Shown here piece by piece: positions 20,308-29,851 of a stretch of DNA of 64,000 bases. The translations under genes were made by a program, and so were the position numbers. Below the pieces are notes generated by a model. It made no database searches, was not told where the DNA came from, and saw nothing but the letters and a program-made list of their open reading frames with translations. Source of the stretch: SAR86 cluster bacterium (lineage in GTDB: Bacteria; Pseudomonadota; Gammaproteobacteria; Magnimaribacterales; TMED112); contig QOPH01000005.1 of assembly GCA_003331635.1 (NCBI GenBank), positions 914 through 64,913 of the forward strand, in the 5' to 3' direction. Numbering within the stretch: position 1 is the first letter of the stretch; every line of letters starts with the position of its first letter.

Positions 20308-21217
20308 ACTTTTTATTCAGCTGATCTAAATAGCTTTTATGCTCAGGATAGTTCTCTTTAATATTTGAAAAAATATTTATCATTTCCTTCTTGTCTTTGC
20401 TAGAAAGATTAGTTGGAATTTCAACTACAACTCTTACAAATAAATCTCCTTGCGTTCTGCCGTGCAGTGAGCCCGCTCCTTTATCTTTGATCTTGAATAC
20501 TTTTCCAGTTTGTGTTTCAGGTGGAATCTTTAATAATATTTTCTTAGTAAGGGTTGGTATTTCAATATCATCACCCACTAACGCCTGATCTAATCTCAAC
20601 GGAACTTCACAATATAAATTATTTCCTTCTCTCTCGAAAAAAGAATGTTTTTTGAGGTTTATTACAATATAAAGATCTCCATTTTCTCCCCCATATTGAC
20701 TTTGCTCACCCTCTCCAGAAAGTCTAATTTTGTTTCCTATATCTACCCCTGGAGGTATATTAACTTCAACTTTTTTTCCGTTATTAGGAAGTTTTATTTC
20801 TATTGATTTTCCAAAAACTGCTTCTTCAAGTGTTAATTCCAAAGCTATCTGAATATTTCTACCTCTCGGTGGTCTTCTCCTACTTGAACCAAAAATATCG
20901 CCGAATATATCACCAAATATTTCATCACCACCAAAAATATTATTAAAAATATCATTAATATTTACGTCATTAAAGCCAGTATGACCGAAGTTTGAGTTAA
21001 CGCCTTGATGACCAAACTGATCATAAGTTGTCCTTTTTTGTGGATCATTTAAAACTTCATAGGCTTCGGCTGCTTCTTTAAACTTATCTTCAGCCTCTTT
21101 ATTTCCTGGGTTTTTGTCTGGATGGTATTTTATTGCAAGTCTTTTAAAAGCTTTTTTTAATTCTTCAGGAGTTGCGCTCTTCGATACACCAAGAACTTCG
21201 TAATAATCCCTTTTCAC
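20297..21217 (-). CDS. dnaJ: J-domain co-chaperone, class B (CbpA-like; no zinc-finger domain) in the dnaJ position
   Basis: 306-aa ORF with J domain (YHPDKN), G/F region ([16 protein letters not shown]) and C-terminal substrate-binding domains. Contains one Cys and no CxxCxGxG repeats. Confidence 0.85.
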   Translation of the reverse strand: MKRDYYEVLGVSKSATPEELKKAFKRLAIKYHPDKNPGNKEAEDKFKEAAEAYEVLNDPQKRTTYDQFGHQGVNSNFGHTGFNDVNINDIFNNIFGGDEIFGDIFGDIFGSSRRRPPRGRNIQIALELTLEEAVFGKSIEIKLPNNGKKVEVNIPPGVDIGNKIRLSGEGEQSQYGGENGDLYIVINLKKHSFFEREGNNLYCEVPLRLDQALVGDDIEIPTLTKKILLKIPPETQTGKVFKIKDKGAGSLHGRTQGDLFVRVVVEIPTNLSSKDKKEMINIFSNIKENYPEHKSYLDQLNKKFDD

Positions 21218-21219
21218 TT

Positions 21220-23133
21220 TTAGCTTTTGTCTTTTTCTTCATCAACTTCTTTAAATTCAGCATCTACTGCTTCGTCAGATTTTCCTTCACCTTTGTCAGG
21301 TTCAGATTCCGGTTGATCGCTTTTGTATAACTTTGAGGACAAAGGTTGAGCTACTTTAGATAATTCTTCAACTGACTTATCTATTACAGATTTATCATCT
21401 TTTTTGCATGCTTCTTCTACGGCTGATATTGCTTCGTTCAATGATTTTTTTTCATCATCTGAAAGTTCATCAGCATTTTCATCCATGGCTTTTTTTGTGG
21501 CACTCGCCAAGCTATCAGCCATATTTCTTGAAGCAACAAGTTCCTCAAATTTTTTGTCTTCTTCTGCATTAGCCTCAGCATCTTTTACCATTTTTTCAAT
21601 TTCGTCATCTGATAAACCGCTGCCACCTTGTATTGTGATAGATTGCGCTTTGTTTGAAGATTTATCTTTTGCAGAAACATCTATCTTTCCATTTGCATCA
21701 ATATCAAAAGTTACCTCAATTTGTGGTGTTCCCCTAGGTGCAGCAGGTATATCTGTAAGATTGAATTGACCTAAAGATTTGTTATCTGTTGCTTTCTTCC
21801 TTTCTCCTTGCAGAACATGAACTGTAACTGCTGTTTGATTGTCTTCTGCAGTAGAAAATACCTGTGATTTATTGGTAGGAATTGTTGTGTTCTTCTCAAT
21901 TAATGGCGTCATCACTCCTCCCAGTGTCTCTATACCAAGTGTTAAGGGTGTAACATCCAATAACAGAACATCAGATCTCTCTCCACTAAGAACAGCTCCT
22001 TGTGTTGCAGCTCCTAAAGCAACAGCCTCATCAGGGTTGATATCTTTTCTTGGCTCTTTCCCAAAAAAATCTGTTACTGTTTTCTGTACCATGGGCATTC
22101 TAGTTTGGCCACCTACTAGAATCACTTCATCTATGTCTTTGGGACTTAATTTCGCATCTTTCAGAGCAGTCTTTACAGGTTCGAGACTTTTCTTTACTAA
22201 ATCTCCAACCAATGATTCAAGTTTTGCCCTAGTTAATTTCTGCACTAAATGTTTTGGTCCAGATGCATCTGCTGTTATGTACGGAAGATTTATTTCTGTT
22301 TGCTCTGATGTAGAAAGTTCAATTTTTGCTTTTTCAGCACCCTCTTTAAGCCTTTGTAATGCCATAGGGTCTGTATTGAGATCAAAGCCAGATTCTTTTT
22401 TGAATTCACTAGCAAGATATTCAATTAAAATGGAGTCAAAGTCTTCTCCTCCTAAATGAGTATCGCCAGATGTTGAAACAACCTCAAATTGATACTCTCC
22501 ATCAACATTAGTCATTTCTATTATAGAAATATCAAAAGTACCTCCACCTAAATCATAAACAGCTATAACTCCATCTTTTTTTAGTTTGTCTAATCCAAAG
22601 GCTAGTGCAGCTGCAGTTGGTTCATTAATAATCCTTTTGACTTCTAATCCTGCAATTTTCCCAGCAGCTTCAGTTGCCTTTCTTTGAGAATCATTAAAAT
22701 AAGCTGGTACAGTTACAACTGCACCATCAACTTTTGAACCGAGATAATCTTCGGCAGTTTTTTTCATTTTTTTCAAAATCTCAGCTGAAACCTGCGGTGG
22801 TGCAATCTTTTTACCCTCAATTTCTACCCACGCATCACCATTTTCTGCTTCGACTATGCCAAATGGACAAGATTTAATATCTTTTTGAACTTCCTTATCT
22901 TTAAATTTTCTCCCCACTAATCTTTTTACTGCAAACAGAGTATTTTTTGGGTTTGTTACAGCCTGTCTTTTTGCTGCCTGACCCACAAGAATTTGATTAT
23001 CTGATGTGTAAGCGACTGCTGACGGGGTAGTTCTATTACCCTCTGAATTAGAAATAACTTCAGGTTCTGAACCCTCCATAACAGCAACGCATGAATTTGT
23101 TGTGCCTAAATCTATACCTATTACTTTTCCCAT
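21220..23133 (-). CDS. dnaK: molecular chaperone DnaK (Hsp70)
   Basis: 637-aa ORF with [17 protein letters not shown] and [10 protein letters not shown] signatures. Confidence 0.98.
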   Translation of the reverse strand: MGKVIGIDLGTTNSCVAVMEGSEPEVISNSEGNRTTPSAVAYTSDNQILVGQAAKRQAVTNPKNTLFAVKRLVGRKFKDKEVQKDIKSCPFGIVEAENGDAWVEIEGKKIAPPQVSAEILKKMKKTAEDYLGSKVDGAVVTVPAYFNDSQRKATEAAGKIAGLEVKRIINEPTAAALAFGLDKLKKDGVIAVYDLGGGTFDISIIEMTNVDGEYQFEVVSTSGDTHLGGEDFDSILIEYLASEFKKESGFDLNTDPMALQRLKEGAEKAKIELSTSEQTEINLPYITADASGPKHLVQKLTRAKLESLVGDLVKKSLEPVKTALKDAKLSPKDIDEVILVGGQTRMPMVQKTVTDFFGKEPRKDINPDEAVALGAATQGAVLSGERSDVLLLDVTPLTLGIETLGGVMTPLIEKNTTIPTNKSQVFSTAEDNQTAVTVHVLQGERKKATDNKSLGQFNLTDIPAAPRGTPQIEVTFDIDANGKIDVSAKDKSSNKAQSITIQGGSGLSDDEIEKMVKDAEANAEEDKKFEELVASRNMADSLASATKKAMDENADELSDDEKKSLNEAISAVEEACKKDDKSVIDKSVEELSKVAQPLSSKLYKSDQPESEPDKGEGKSDEAVDAEFKEVDEEKDKS

Positions 23134-23145
23134 TTTTTTAAAATT

Positions 23146-23670
23146 TTAATTTTTGTTAACTACAACTAAAGCAGGTTTGACAACTCTTTCATTAAGTTCC
23201 CAACCCCGTTCTAGAGTTTCTATAACAATATTATCTTTTTCCCCCTGATTATTGACCGTCGAAACAGCTTCATGTTTTTCGGGGTCAAACTCTTTACCAG
23301 TGGGTTTTATAGGTACTATATTGAAATCTTCAAGAGTTTTTTCAAAGGAATTTAAAATTAGCAAAATTCCCTCTTTGTCTATATTTTTTTCTTCTTTTGA
23401 ATTTTCTATAGCTTTTTCTAAAGAAGTAATGATTGGAATTAATGATGATAATAGTTCAGAGTTAGCATATTTTAATGCGTTTGTAATTTCGTTAGATGTA
23501 CGTTTTTTAAAATTCTCTAATTCTGCTCTTGATCTTAGGACTTCATCTTGTGAATCATTAACTTTTTGTAGTAGCTCTTCGTAACTTAGAGTATTTAAAT
23601 CTTTATTTTCTTTAGTAATATTTTCGGTAGATTTACTATCTTCTGGAGATTGATTATCTTTTTTTGCCAT
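23146..23670 (-). CDS. grpE: nucleotide exchange factor GrpE
   Basis: 174-aa ORF. Lies upstream of dnaK. GrpE-like coiled coil and C-terminal beta domain (FDPEKHEAV). Confidence 0.93.
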   Translation of the reverse strand: MAKKDNQSPEDSKSTENITKENKDLNTLSYEELLQKVNDSQDEVLRSRAELENFKKRTSNEITNALKYANSELLSSLIPIITSLEKAIENSKEEKNIDKEGILLILNSFEKTLEDFNIVPIKPTGKEFDPEKHEAVSTVNNQGEKDNIVIETLERGWELNERVVKPALVVVNKN

Positions 23671-23679
23671 TAATAATTA

Positions 23680-24099
23680 TTAGTTCTTTTTCTTTCTGAC
23701 ATATAAGATGACACTTTGATCTAAAAGATCATACCCATGCTTCTCAGCTATTTCTCTTTGTTTCTTTTTAATTGTTTCATCATGGAACTCTGTAATAGCA
23801 CCGGTCTCTACGCACACCATATGATCGTGATGTTGGGGGTCATTAAGCTCATATACAGCTTTGTTTTCTTCAAACTTATGTTTTACGACCATTCCCGCAT
23901 TTTCAAATTGTGTCAAAACTCTGTATACAGTTGCTAATCCAATATCATAGCTATTCATTACTAATTCTTTATATATATCTTCAGCTGTGTAATGATCTTC
24001 TGTTCCTGCAGTTCTCTGCATTATTTCAAGAATTTTTATTCTGGGTAGAGTAGCTTTTAAGCCAGCTTCTTGTAAATTTTTGTTGGTTTTATCGTCCAT
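23680..24099 (-). CDS. fur: ferric uptake regulator
   Basis: 139-aa ORF with HHDHMVCVETGAITEF motif (Pseudomonas-type Fur). Divergent from bamE as in Pseudomonas. Confidence 0.93.
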   Translation of the reverse strand: MDDKTNKNLQEAGLKATLPRIKILEIMQRTAGTEDHYTAEDIYKELVMNSYDIGLATVYRVLTQFENAGMVVKHKFEENKAVYELNDPQHHDHMVCVETGAITEFHDETIKKKQREIAEKHGYDLLDQSVILYVRKKKN

Positions 24100-24118
24100 A
24101 CAATTTATTCTATGTCAA

Positions 24119-24430
24119 ATGAGGTTTTTCATCTACGTAATTATATTCTTAGTAGTAGCTTCTTGCTCTAATACAAGTATTTACAATAGAACAGTTACTC
24201 AAGGTACTGTTTTTAAACAAGACGATATTGATAGACTTGAAATTGGTATGAGCAAAGATCAAGTCTCTTTTATTATGGGTCAACCAAGTTTTCAAAATAT
24301 TTTTGATGAAAATATATGGGATTATTATTTTCAAGTAAAAAACGGCTCAAAAATTCAATCTGAAAAAAAGCTAAAGCTGTTATTTGATGATAATGGTGAT
24401 CTAAAAGAGATTGAAATAATAAAGATCTAG
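24119..24430 (+). CDS. bamE: outer membrane protein assembly factor BamE (SmpA/OmlA lipoprotein)
   Basis: ORF 24080-24430. Start placed at Met14 (MRFFIYVIIFLVVASC), which gives a lipoprotein signal with lipobox VASC. GMSKDQVSFIMGQPS resembles the BamE core. Confidence 0.8.
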   Translation: MRFFIYVIIFLVVASCSNTSIYNRTVTQGTVFKQDDIDRLEIGMSKDQVSFIMGQPSFQNIFDENIWDYYFQVKNGSKIQSEKKLKLLFDDNGDLKEIEIIKI

Positions 24431-25791
24431 AAAAACTTTATAAAGAATATTCTCTCAAGATTTCCTAGCACCCAAATTACCATCAGGAATAATGGGCTTA
24501 CCCATCTCAATATGAAAATCCAGGCTGAAAATAAAAGCTTGCTTTTAAAGCCTAATTTTTCCATATCAATGATTTTACTTAGTCTCCACCCAACAAATGC
24601 AGAGATACCTGTTCCTCCTAATAGAAGTAAGAAGTCATCGGCTATATATTTCATCATCTCAAAAGGATTCTCAAGACTTCCAACTTTAAAATCCTTTAAA
24701 ACATTAAATCCAGACACACTTATGAGACATAAAATTATACAAATTGCTATTACTATAAATGTTGCACGAGTTCTTGTAGTTGGCATTCGCTCTTGAACCC
24801 ATAGAACACTAGGTTCAAGAATTGAAATCATTGAACTTAACGCTGCCACTGCAAGTAAAAGATAAAAAAGCGGCCCCACAAACTGACCAATTGCACCTAA
24901 CTCAGCAAAAGCTGTGGACATTGTTTTGAAAACGAGCTCTGTTCCTGCATTTGGATCCAAAAAAGGAAATGCAAATACCAATGGGAAAATTGCAAGTCCT
25001 GCAAGAAGAGCTACTGAAGTATCCGCTGTTACAACAATAGATGATGCGCCAGGTACTTTTTGTTCTTTAGGCATGTAATATCCAAATGCCATGAGTGTCC
25101 CCATACCTATACTTAACGAAAAGAATGCCTGTCCTATTGCGGCCTGCATTGTCGCGGCAGAAAATTGTTCAGCTTTCCAAGAGAATAAATAAGAAAGTGC
25201 AGCACTCATATCACCTCTGTATGCTCCATAACCTACCATTAAAATTATTAAGAAAAATAAAGTAGGCATAAGAATACGCATTGATGACTCTATACCTTTT
25301 TCTATTCCTCTAGCTAGCACAAATCCTGTTAAAGCAAGGAATAGAAGAAACCAAAATGTCATTTCTACAAAGCTTGAAATTTCAGTGTCATAAATAACTG
25401 TAGGATCTTTGCCAATGAAACCTGACGCTGATATAAAACCATAATTTATTACTAATCCAGCAATAACAGCGTAATAACCACCTATGAATAGGTTCGATAA
25501 AATTCCCAAGTAACCTACAACTCTCCAATTCTTGGTCGAGTTTGTTTTGTCTGCAGTATTTATCATTGCCGATACTGGGTCTTTTTTTCCAATCTTTCCT
25601 ATGGCGACTTCTGCCATAAATACAGGTAATCCGAGCAAAATAACAAAGAAAATGTAAAGCAAGACAAAGAGTCCTCCACCGTTTTCTCCAGCCTTATAAG
25701 GGAATCCCCAAATATTTCCAAGTCCAACAGCCGAACCTGTTGCCGCTAGTAAGAATGCTAAATTATTGTTCCACCTAGTATTACTTTGCAT
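24427..25791 (-). CDS. sodium-dependent transporter (neurotransmitter:sodium symporter / SNF family)
   Basis: 454-aa polytopic ORF with NSS signature GSAVGLGNIWGFPY near the N-terminus. Confidence 0.9.
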   Translation of the reverse strand: MQSNTRWNNNLAFLLAATGSAVGLGNIWGFPYKAGENGGGLFVLLYIFFVILLGLPVFMAEVAIGKIGKKDPVSAMINTADKTNSTKNWRVVGYLGILSNLFIGGYYAVIAGLVINYGFISASGFIGKDPTVIYDTEISSFVEMTFWFLLFLALTGFVLARGIEKGIESSMRILMPTLFFLIILMVGYGAYRGDMSAALSYLFSWKAEQFSAATMQAAIGQAFFSLSIGMGTLMAFGYYMPKEQKVPGASSIVVTADTSVALLAGLAIFPLVFAFPFLDPNAGTELVFKTMSTAFAELGAIGQFVGPLFYLLLAVAALSSMISILEPSVLWVQERMPTTRTRATFIVIAICIILCLISVSGFNVLKDFKVGSLENPFEMMKYIADDFLLLLGGTGISAFVGWRLSKIIDMEKLGFKSKLLFSAWIFILRWVSPLFLMVIWVLGNLERIFFIKFF

Positions 25792-25802
25792 GTTTCAGAT
25801 AA

Positions 25803-26276
25803 TTATTGATAAGTAAATATAAACGCAATCATAACTAAATGGCAAATCCTAACTGCAAAAGTTAAAAAAAACCTTAAGTCTTGATACCACTTTTCTGATT
25901 TGATTAATTTTTTTTCAAAAAAATATATTCCCTCATAAACTAACAACAAAGTGATTAAAACAATATTTATTTGAATAAGGTTATTTATGGGGAATACCTT
26001 TAAAGTTAATACTACTAATGTTGCGAGGCTAAATAGAAATACTGATGGAATAATTCCTTTTTTTTGCATCAACGCGTACGCCCATAGAGTACCAGTTAAA
26101 AAAATTGCCATATATTGTGACCAAAGCATGAATGATGTAATAAAAAATCCAGGCATTGAAGGATTTATCCAAACTATTATTGGAATGAAAATAAATGGCA
26201 AAAGTCCTAGATAAGAAAAAAGTTTAGCCTTATCTTGTAAAATCATATTTATGAATAGTAAAACTATAGCATCCAA
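25803..26276 (-). CDS. small integral membrane protein of unknown function (possibly DUF3429-like)
   Basis: 157-aa ORF with 4-5 predicted TM segments. YLGLLPF and FLTGTLWAY resemble DUF3429 from memory only. Start may be Met11 at 26246, which would remove the overlap with smpB. Confidence 0.5.
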   Translation of the reverse strand: MDAIVLLFINMILQDKAKLFSYLGLLPFIFIPIIVWINPSMPGFFITSFMLWSQYMAIFLTGTLWAYALMQKKGIIPSVFLFSLATLVVLTLKVFPINNLIQINIVLITLLLVYEGIYFFEKKLIKSEKWYQDLRFFLTFAVRICHLVMIAFIFTYQ

Positions 26277-26706
26277 TAAGAAAGCAAGGTTTGATTATTT
26301 TTTAGATGAAACTTTTGTAGCTGGATTGCTTTTAGAGGGGTGGGAGGTTAAATCCTTACGAGAAGGGAAATTAAATCTTAAAGAGTCATACATAAAAGAT
26401 ATTAAAAATGAATTGTGGCTAGTTGGTTCAAGAATAGATCCAGTTAAATTTATTAACCAAAAAGAAGGTGTTGATCCTTTAAGGTTTAGAAAACTTCTCC
26501 TGAATAAAAAGGAAGTAAAAAAAATACTTTTTGCTATTTCTGCCAAAGGACAAACATGCGTACCAGTTAAACTTTTTTGGAAGGGAACTCTAGCTAAGCT
26601 TGAACTAGCATTAGCAAGAGGTAAGAAAAATTATGATAAAAAGGCTTCTAAAAAAATTGCAGATATAAACAGAGATAAAGAAAGAGCTTTAAAAAACTTC
26701 AAATAG
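26251..26706 (+). CDS. smpB: SsrA-binding protein
   Basis: 151-aa ORF. NKKARFDYFLDETFVAGLLLEGWEVKSLREGK aligns with the E. coli SmpB N-terminal region. Immediately upstream of tmRNA. Confidence 0.95.
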   Translation: MNSKTIASNKKARFDYFLDETFVAGLLLEGWEVKSLREGKLNLKESYIKDIKNELWLVGSRIDPVKFINQKEGVDPLRFRKLLLNKKEVKKILFAISAKGQTCVPVKLFWKGTLAKLELALARGKKNYDKKASKKIADINRDKERALKNFK

Positions 26707-26725
26707 GTATTATTATCTCTCGCTC

Positions 26726-27068
26726 GGGGGCGTATTTGGCTTTGACGTCTACCATGGAACCCGAAGTGCATACCGAGAATGAACACACCTCGTTAAAATT
26801 GTTCAAAAAATTAGTTGCAGATAATTACAACTATAGATTGGCTGCTTAAAGTCAACCTGTTTAAAACTGTAGCCTACTACGGGTTTAAATAGTCATTAAT
26901 GTAGGATATACCTCATTTTTGCCAAGAAATGGGGAGAATTTACTGGCTTTGCTTAGTATGTCTTGATCATCAGGTTATACTAATGCGAGATTAATTGATG
27001 AATCTATGTATGTAGATGCTAGGGGAAAGTGATGACGGACGTGGGTTCGAATCCCGCCGCCTCCACCA
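26726..27068 (+). ncRNA. ssrA: transfer-messenger RNA (tmRNA, SsrA), one-piece, CCA encoded
   Basis: 5' GGGGGCG pairs with 3' CGCCUCC-ACCA, including the G3:U70 alanine identity pair. T-arm is GGGTTCGAATCCC. Resume codon GCA at 26817 opens tag ADNYNYRLAA-stop (26817-26849), preceded by AAAAAATTAGTT, which is like the E. coli context. Confidence 0.93.
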
Positions 27069-27083
27069 ATTAGAGAGAAATAT

Positions 27084-27341
27084 ATGGCAAATTCAAAATC
27101 AGCTGAAAAAAGAGCTAGACAAAATAAAAAAAGATACGAGCTAAAGCACGCTCAAAGATCAATGATGAGAACAGCTGTAAAAACAGTTGAAAAAGCTGTT
27201 GAGACTAAAGATAAAAATAAGAAAGAGACATTTAAAACTACTCAGGCAGTGCTTGATAACTTAGCTAATAAGGGTGTCATTCATAAAAATAAGGCTGCGC
27301 GTCTAAAAAGTAGGCTTAATAGAAAAATCAAAGCCTCTTAA
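27084..27341 (+). CDS. rpsT: 30S ribosomal protein S20
   Basis: 85-aa ORF with MANSKSAEKRARQ N-terminus typical of S20. GAGAG Shine-Dalgarno 7-8 nt upstream. Confidence 0.93.
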   Translation: MANSKSAEKRARQNKKRYELKHAQRSMMRTAVKTVEKAVETKDKNKKETFKTTQAVLDNLANKGVIHKNKAARLKSRLNRKIKAS

Positions 27342-28317
27342 ATAATTCTTTTTTAAGCTCCTCCAAGCCAGTACCATTCTTTGATGAAATAAGTATTAAT
27401 GGAATATCCTTTAATCTTTTTGAAAACTGATTAACTATGTTAGAAATTTTCTGGTCTGTAATTAAATCTACTTTTGTTAAGCATACCCATCTTTTTTGTT
27501 TGGAAAAATCTAAATGAAACTCTTTCAATTCGTTTTCTATAATTGAAAAAGAGTCTAATGCCTCATCAGCTGAAATACTACAATCAACTAAATGAAGTAA
27601 AAATTTTGTTCTATGTAAATGTCTTAAAAATTTAAATCCTAAACCATGACCATCTGAAGCTCCCTCTATTATTCCAGGCATATCGGCAATAGTTAATGAT
27701 TTTTCTGAATTTTCTAACACTCCTAATGTCGGTATTAATGTAGTAAAAGGAAAATTTCCTACTTTTGATTTACTGTTTGTAAGGGCGTTTATAAGTGTAG
27801 ATTTCCCTGCATTTGGCAGACCTAATAACCCAATGTCTGCAATAAGACGCATCTCTAAAAAGATCTCTCTACTGTCTGATTGTTCGCCTTTGGTAGTTTT
27901 TTTTGGAGCTTGATTTGTTGAGGACTTAAAACGTGCATTCCCCAAACCACCTTTGCCACCTTTTGCAACTATAATTTTTGAGTTAGATTCATTTATTTCA
28001 CCAATAAATTCCTTCGTCTGAGTTGCATAGATTTGAGTGCCTATGGGAACTTTAATCACTAAATCTTCACCTGATTTTCCTTTTTTGTTTCTACCACTTC
28101 CATTCTTTCCAGAGGCAGCTTGAAAGTTTCTTTTTCCTTTAAAACTTGATAATGAATTTAGGTTAAGATCTATTTCTAAAATTATATCGCCTCCATCACC
28201 ACCATCACCGCCATCGGGACCACCTCTTTCAATATATTTCTCACGCCGAAAACTTAAACAGCCATCTCCACCTTTGCCAGAAATTACAGTGATTTTGGCT
28301 TCATCAAAATAAGCCAT
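27328..28317 (-). CDS. obgE: GTPase Obg/CgtA (short form lacking C-terminal domain)
   Basis: 329-aa ORF with Gly-rich Obg fold (GGDGGDGGDGGD), G1 GLPNAGKST and G3 DMPGIIEGA motifs. Downstream of rplU-rpmA. Confidence 0.93.
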   Translation of the reverse strand: MAYFDEAKITVISGKGGDGCLSFRREKYIERGGPDGGDGGDGGDIILEIDLNLNSLSSFKGKRNFQAASGKNGSGRNKKGKSGEDLVIKVPIGTQIYATQTKEFIGEINESNSKIIVAKGGKGGLGNARFKSSTNQAPKKTTKGEQSDSREIFLEMRLIADIGLLGLPNAGKSTLINALTNSKSKVGNFPFTTLIPTLGVLENSEKSLTIADMPGIIEGASDGHGLGFKFLRHLHRTKFLLHLVDCSISADEALDSFSIIENELKEFHLDFSKQKRWVCLTKVDLITDQKISNIVNQFSKRLKDIPLILISSKNGTGLEELKKELFKRL

Positions 28318-28322
28318 TTGAG

Positions 28323-28583
28323 TTATTTTTGAGGGACGATATTAACGAACTTTCTTTTGTTTTCACCTTTTACTTTAAATTCTACCGAACCACTTTTCAA
28401 AGCAAAAAGAGTGTCATCTTTTCCAATACCGACATTTTGACCAGGATGAAATTTTGTTCCTCTTTGTCTTACAAGAATTTCACCTGCGTTGACATTTTGA
28501 CCGCCAAATCTTTTAACTCCAAGAAAATTTGGATTTGAATCTCTACCATTTTTACTTGAGCCACCAGCTTTTTTATGAGCCAT
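28323..28583 (-). CDS. rpmA: 50S ribosomal protein L27
   Basis: 86-aa ORF with [17 protein letters not shown]-terminus. Confidence 0.96.
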   Translation of the reverse strand: MAHKKAGGSSKNGRDSNPNFLGVKRFGGQNVNAGEILVRQRGTKFHPGQNVGIGKDDTLFALKSGSVEFKVKGENKRKFVNIVPQK

Positions 28584-28893
28584 TGTTTATTTCCTTAATA
28601 TCAATCATTGTAACTTTTCTTCTATGCCCGACTATCCTTTTAGAGTCTTTTCTTCTTCTAAATTGTATAGCATAAACTTTATCTTTTTTTGCATGATCTA
28701 AAACTTTTCCTGAAACGAATGCTTTAGCAACATATGGCTTACCAATTTTTGGTGTTTTCCCGTCTGAAAGCAACAAAACCTTATCAAACTTTACTGTATC
28801 CCCTTTTTTCTTATCAGAAATGAAGTCAACTTCAATTTTGGAGCCGATTTCTACTTTTTCTTGATTATTGCCTGTGTCTATAATTGCATACAT
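28573..28893 (-). CDS. rplU: 50S ribosomal protein L21
   Basis: 106-aa ORF starting [11 protein letters not shown]. rplU-rpmA-obg order. Confidence 0.95.
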   Translation of the reverse strand: MYAIIDTGNNQEKVEIGSKIEVDFISDKKKGDTVKFDKVLLLSDGKTPKIGKPYVAKAFVSGKVLDHAKKDKVYAIQFRRRKDSKRIVGHRRKVTMIDIKEINNGS

Positions 28894-28909
28894 TTCTTAA
28901 AATATAGTT

Positions 28910-29851
28910 ATGTCATTTCATGAGGTTGAAAATTTAACTGAATTTTTAGATGAAGTAAAGCTAAAAATGCTGAATATTACAGGTTCGAGCAACAAGAATA
29001 TTAAAGAAATTTCTGATTATGTTCTCGCCAATCCTGGAAAATTTATTAGAACACAGCTTGTATTTATTTATGGCTCTGTTATGGATATCGAAAAAAGGAA
29101 ATTAATTGAACTTGCAGCTGCGTCTGAATTAATTCATTTATCTACCCTTATACATGATGACATAATTGATGAGGCAAAAATTAGAAGGAATAAACCTACA
29201 GTCATAGCAAAATGGGGCCTAAAAAAAGCGATTTTATATGGTGACTTTTTATATACTAAAACCTTTCAAGCTTTAAATTCACTTGAGAATACACAAATTG
29301 CAGAAGTTCTTATAAGTTGTGCAGAGCAATTGATAGAGGGAGAGTTTATACAATTGCAAAATATATCAGATAAAAGTAAAGATGATTATTTTGAGGTAAT
29401 AGAGAAAAAGACAGCTATTCTATTTTCTGGTATTTTGGAGTGTTTAGGAATTCACGGCAAGCTTGTAAAAGAAAAAATTTCATCTTTAAAAAAATTGGGA
29501 TTAAATTTTGGAAATGCTTTTCAACTAAATGATGATCTTGCTGATTTTTTTGATGAGTTAAATTCGGGAAAAGAAAAATTTAAAGATTTAAATGAAGGAA
29601 AAATTACTTATCCGATCATCATAACTATGAGTCGTATAGACAAAGATTCAAAAAATAACATTTCAAAACTAATTGAAGAAAAAAAATTCGATGCAGTATT
29701 TGATGTAATTGAAAAAAATGACGGCTTTAACTTAACTAGGCTTGAGAGAGATAAGGCAATTAATAACTGCATTGAATACACAAAAACTTTATTTAAACTA
29801 GATAACGTAAAATTAATGGAAAGTTTTTTAAAAAATAGTTTAAAAGCATGA
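28910..29851 (+). CDS. ispB: polyprenyl (octaprenyl-type) diphosphate synthase
   Basis: 313-aa ORF with first and second Asp-rich motifs IHDDIIDE and NDDLAD. Divergent from rplU as in E. coli and Pseudomonas. Chain length not inferable. Confidence 0.85.
   Translation: MSFHEVENLTEFLDEVKLKMLNITGSSNKNIKEISDYVLANPGKFIRTQLVFIYGSVMDIEKRKLIELAAASELIHLSTLIHDDIIDEAKIRRNKPTVIAKWGLKKAILYGDFLYTKTFQALNSLENTQIAEVLISCAEQLIEGEFIQLQNISDKSKDDYFEVIEKKTAILFSGILECLGIHGKLVKEKISSLKKLGLNFGNAFQLNDDLADFFDELNSGKEKFKDLNEGKITYPIIITMSRIDKDSKNNISKLIEEKKFDAVFDVIEKNDGFNLTRLERDKAINNCIEYTKTLFKLDNVKLMESFLKNSLKA

Noticed and set aside
21404-22459. Long plus-strand ORFs (121 aa and 206 aa) antisense to dnaK
   Set aside because: They lie entirely inside the strongly supported dnaK CDS. 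The sequences are low-complexity and S/F/A-rich with no recognisable motifs. Long antisense frames are a known by-product of codon periodicity in highly conserved genes such as hsp70.
24100-24118. Fur box in the fur/bamE spacer
   Set aside because: The 19-nt spacer does not match the GATAATGATAATCATTATC-type consensus beyond generic AT-richness.
26726-27120. Genomic island or prophage integrated at the ssrA 3' end or at the tRNA genes (62003-63550)
   Set aside because: The next genes begin 15 nt (rpsT), 7 nt (secE) and 15 nt (tuf) after the RNA 3' ends. There is no integrase, no duplicated 3' RNA fragment and no compositional shift.
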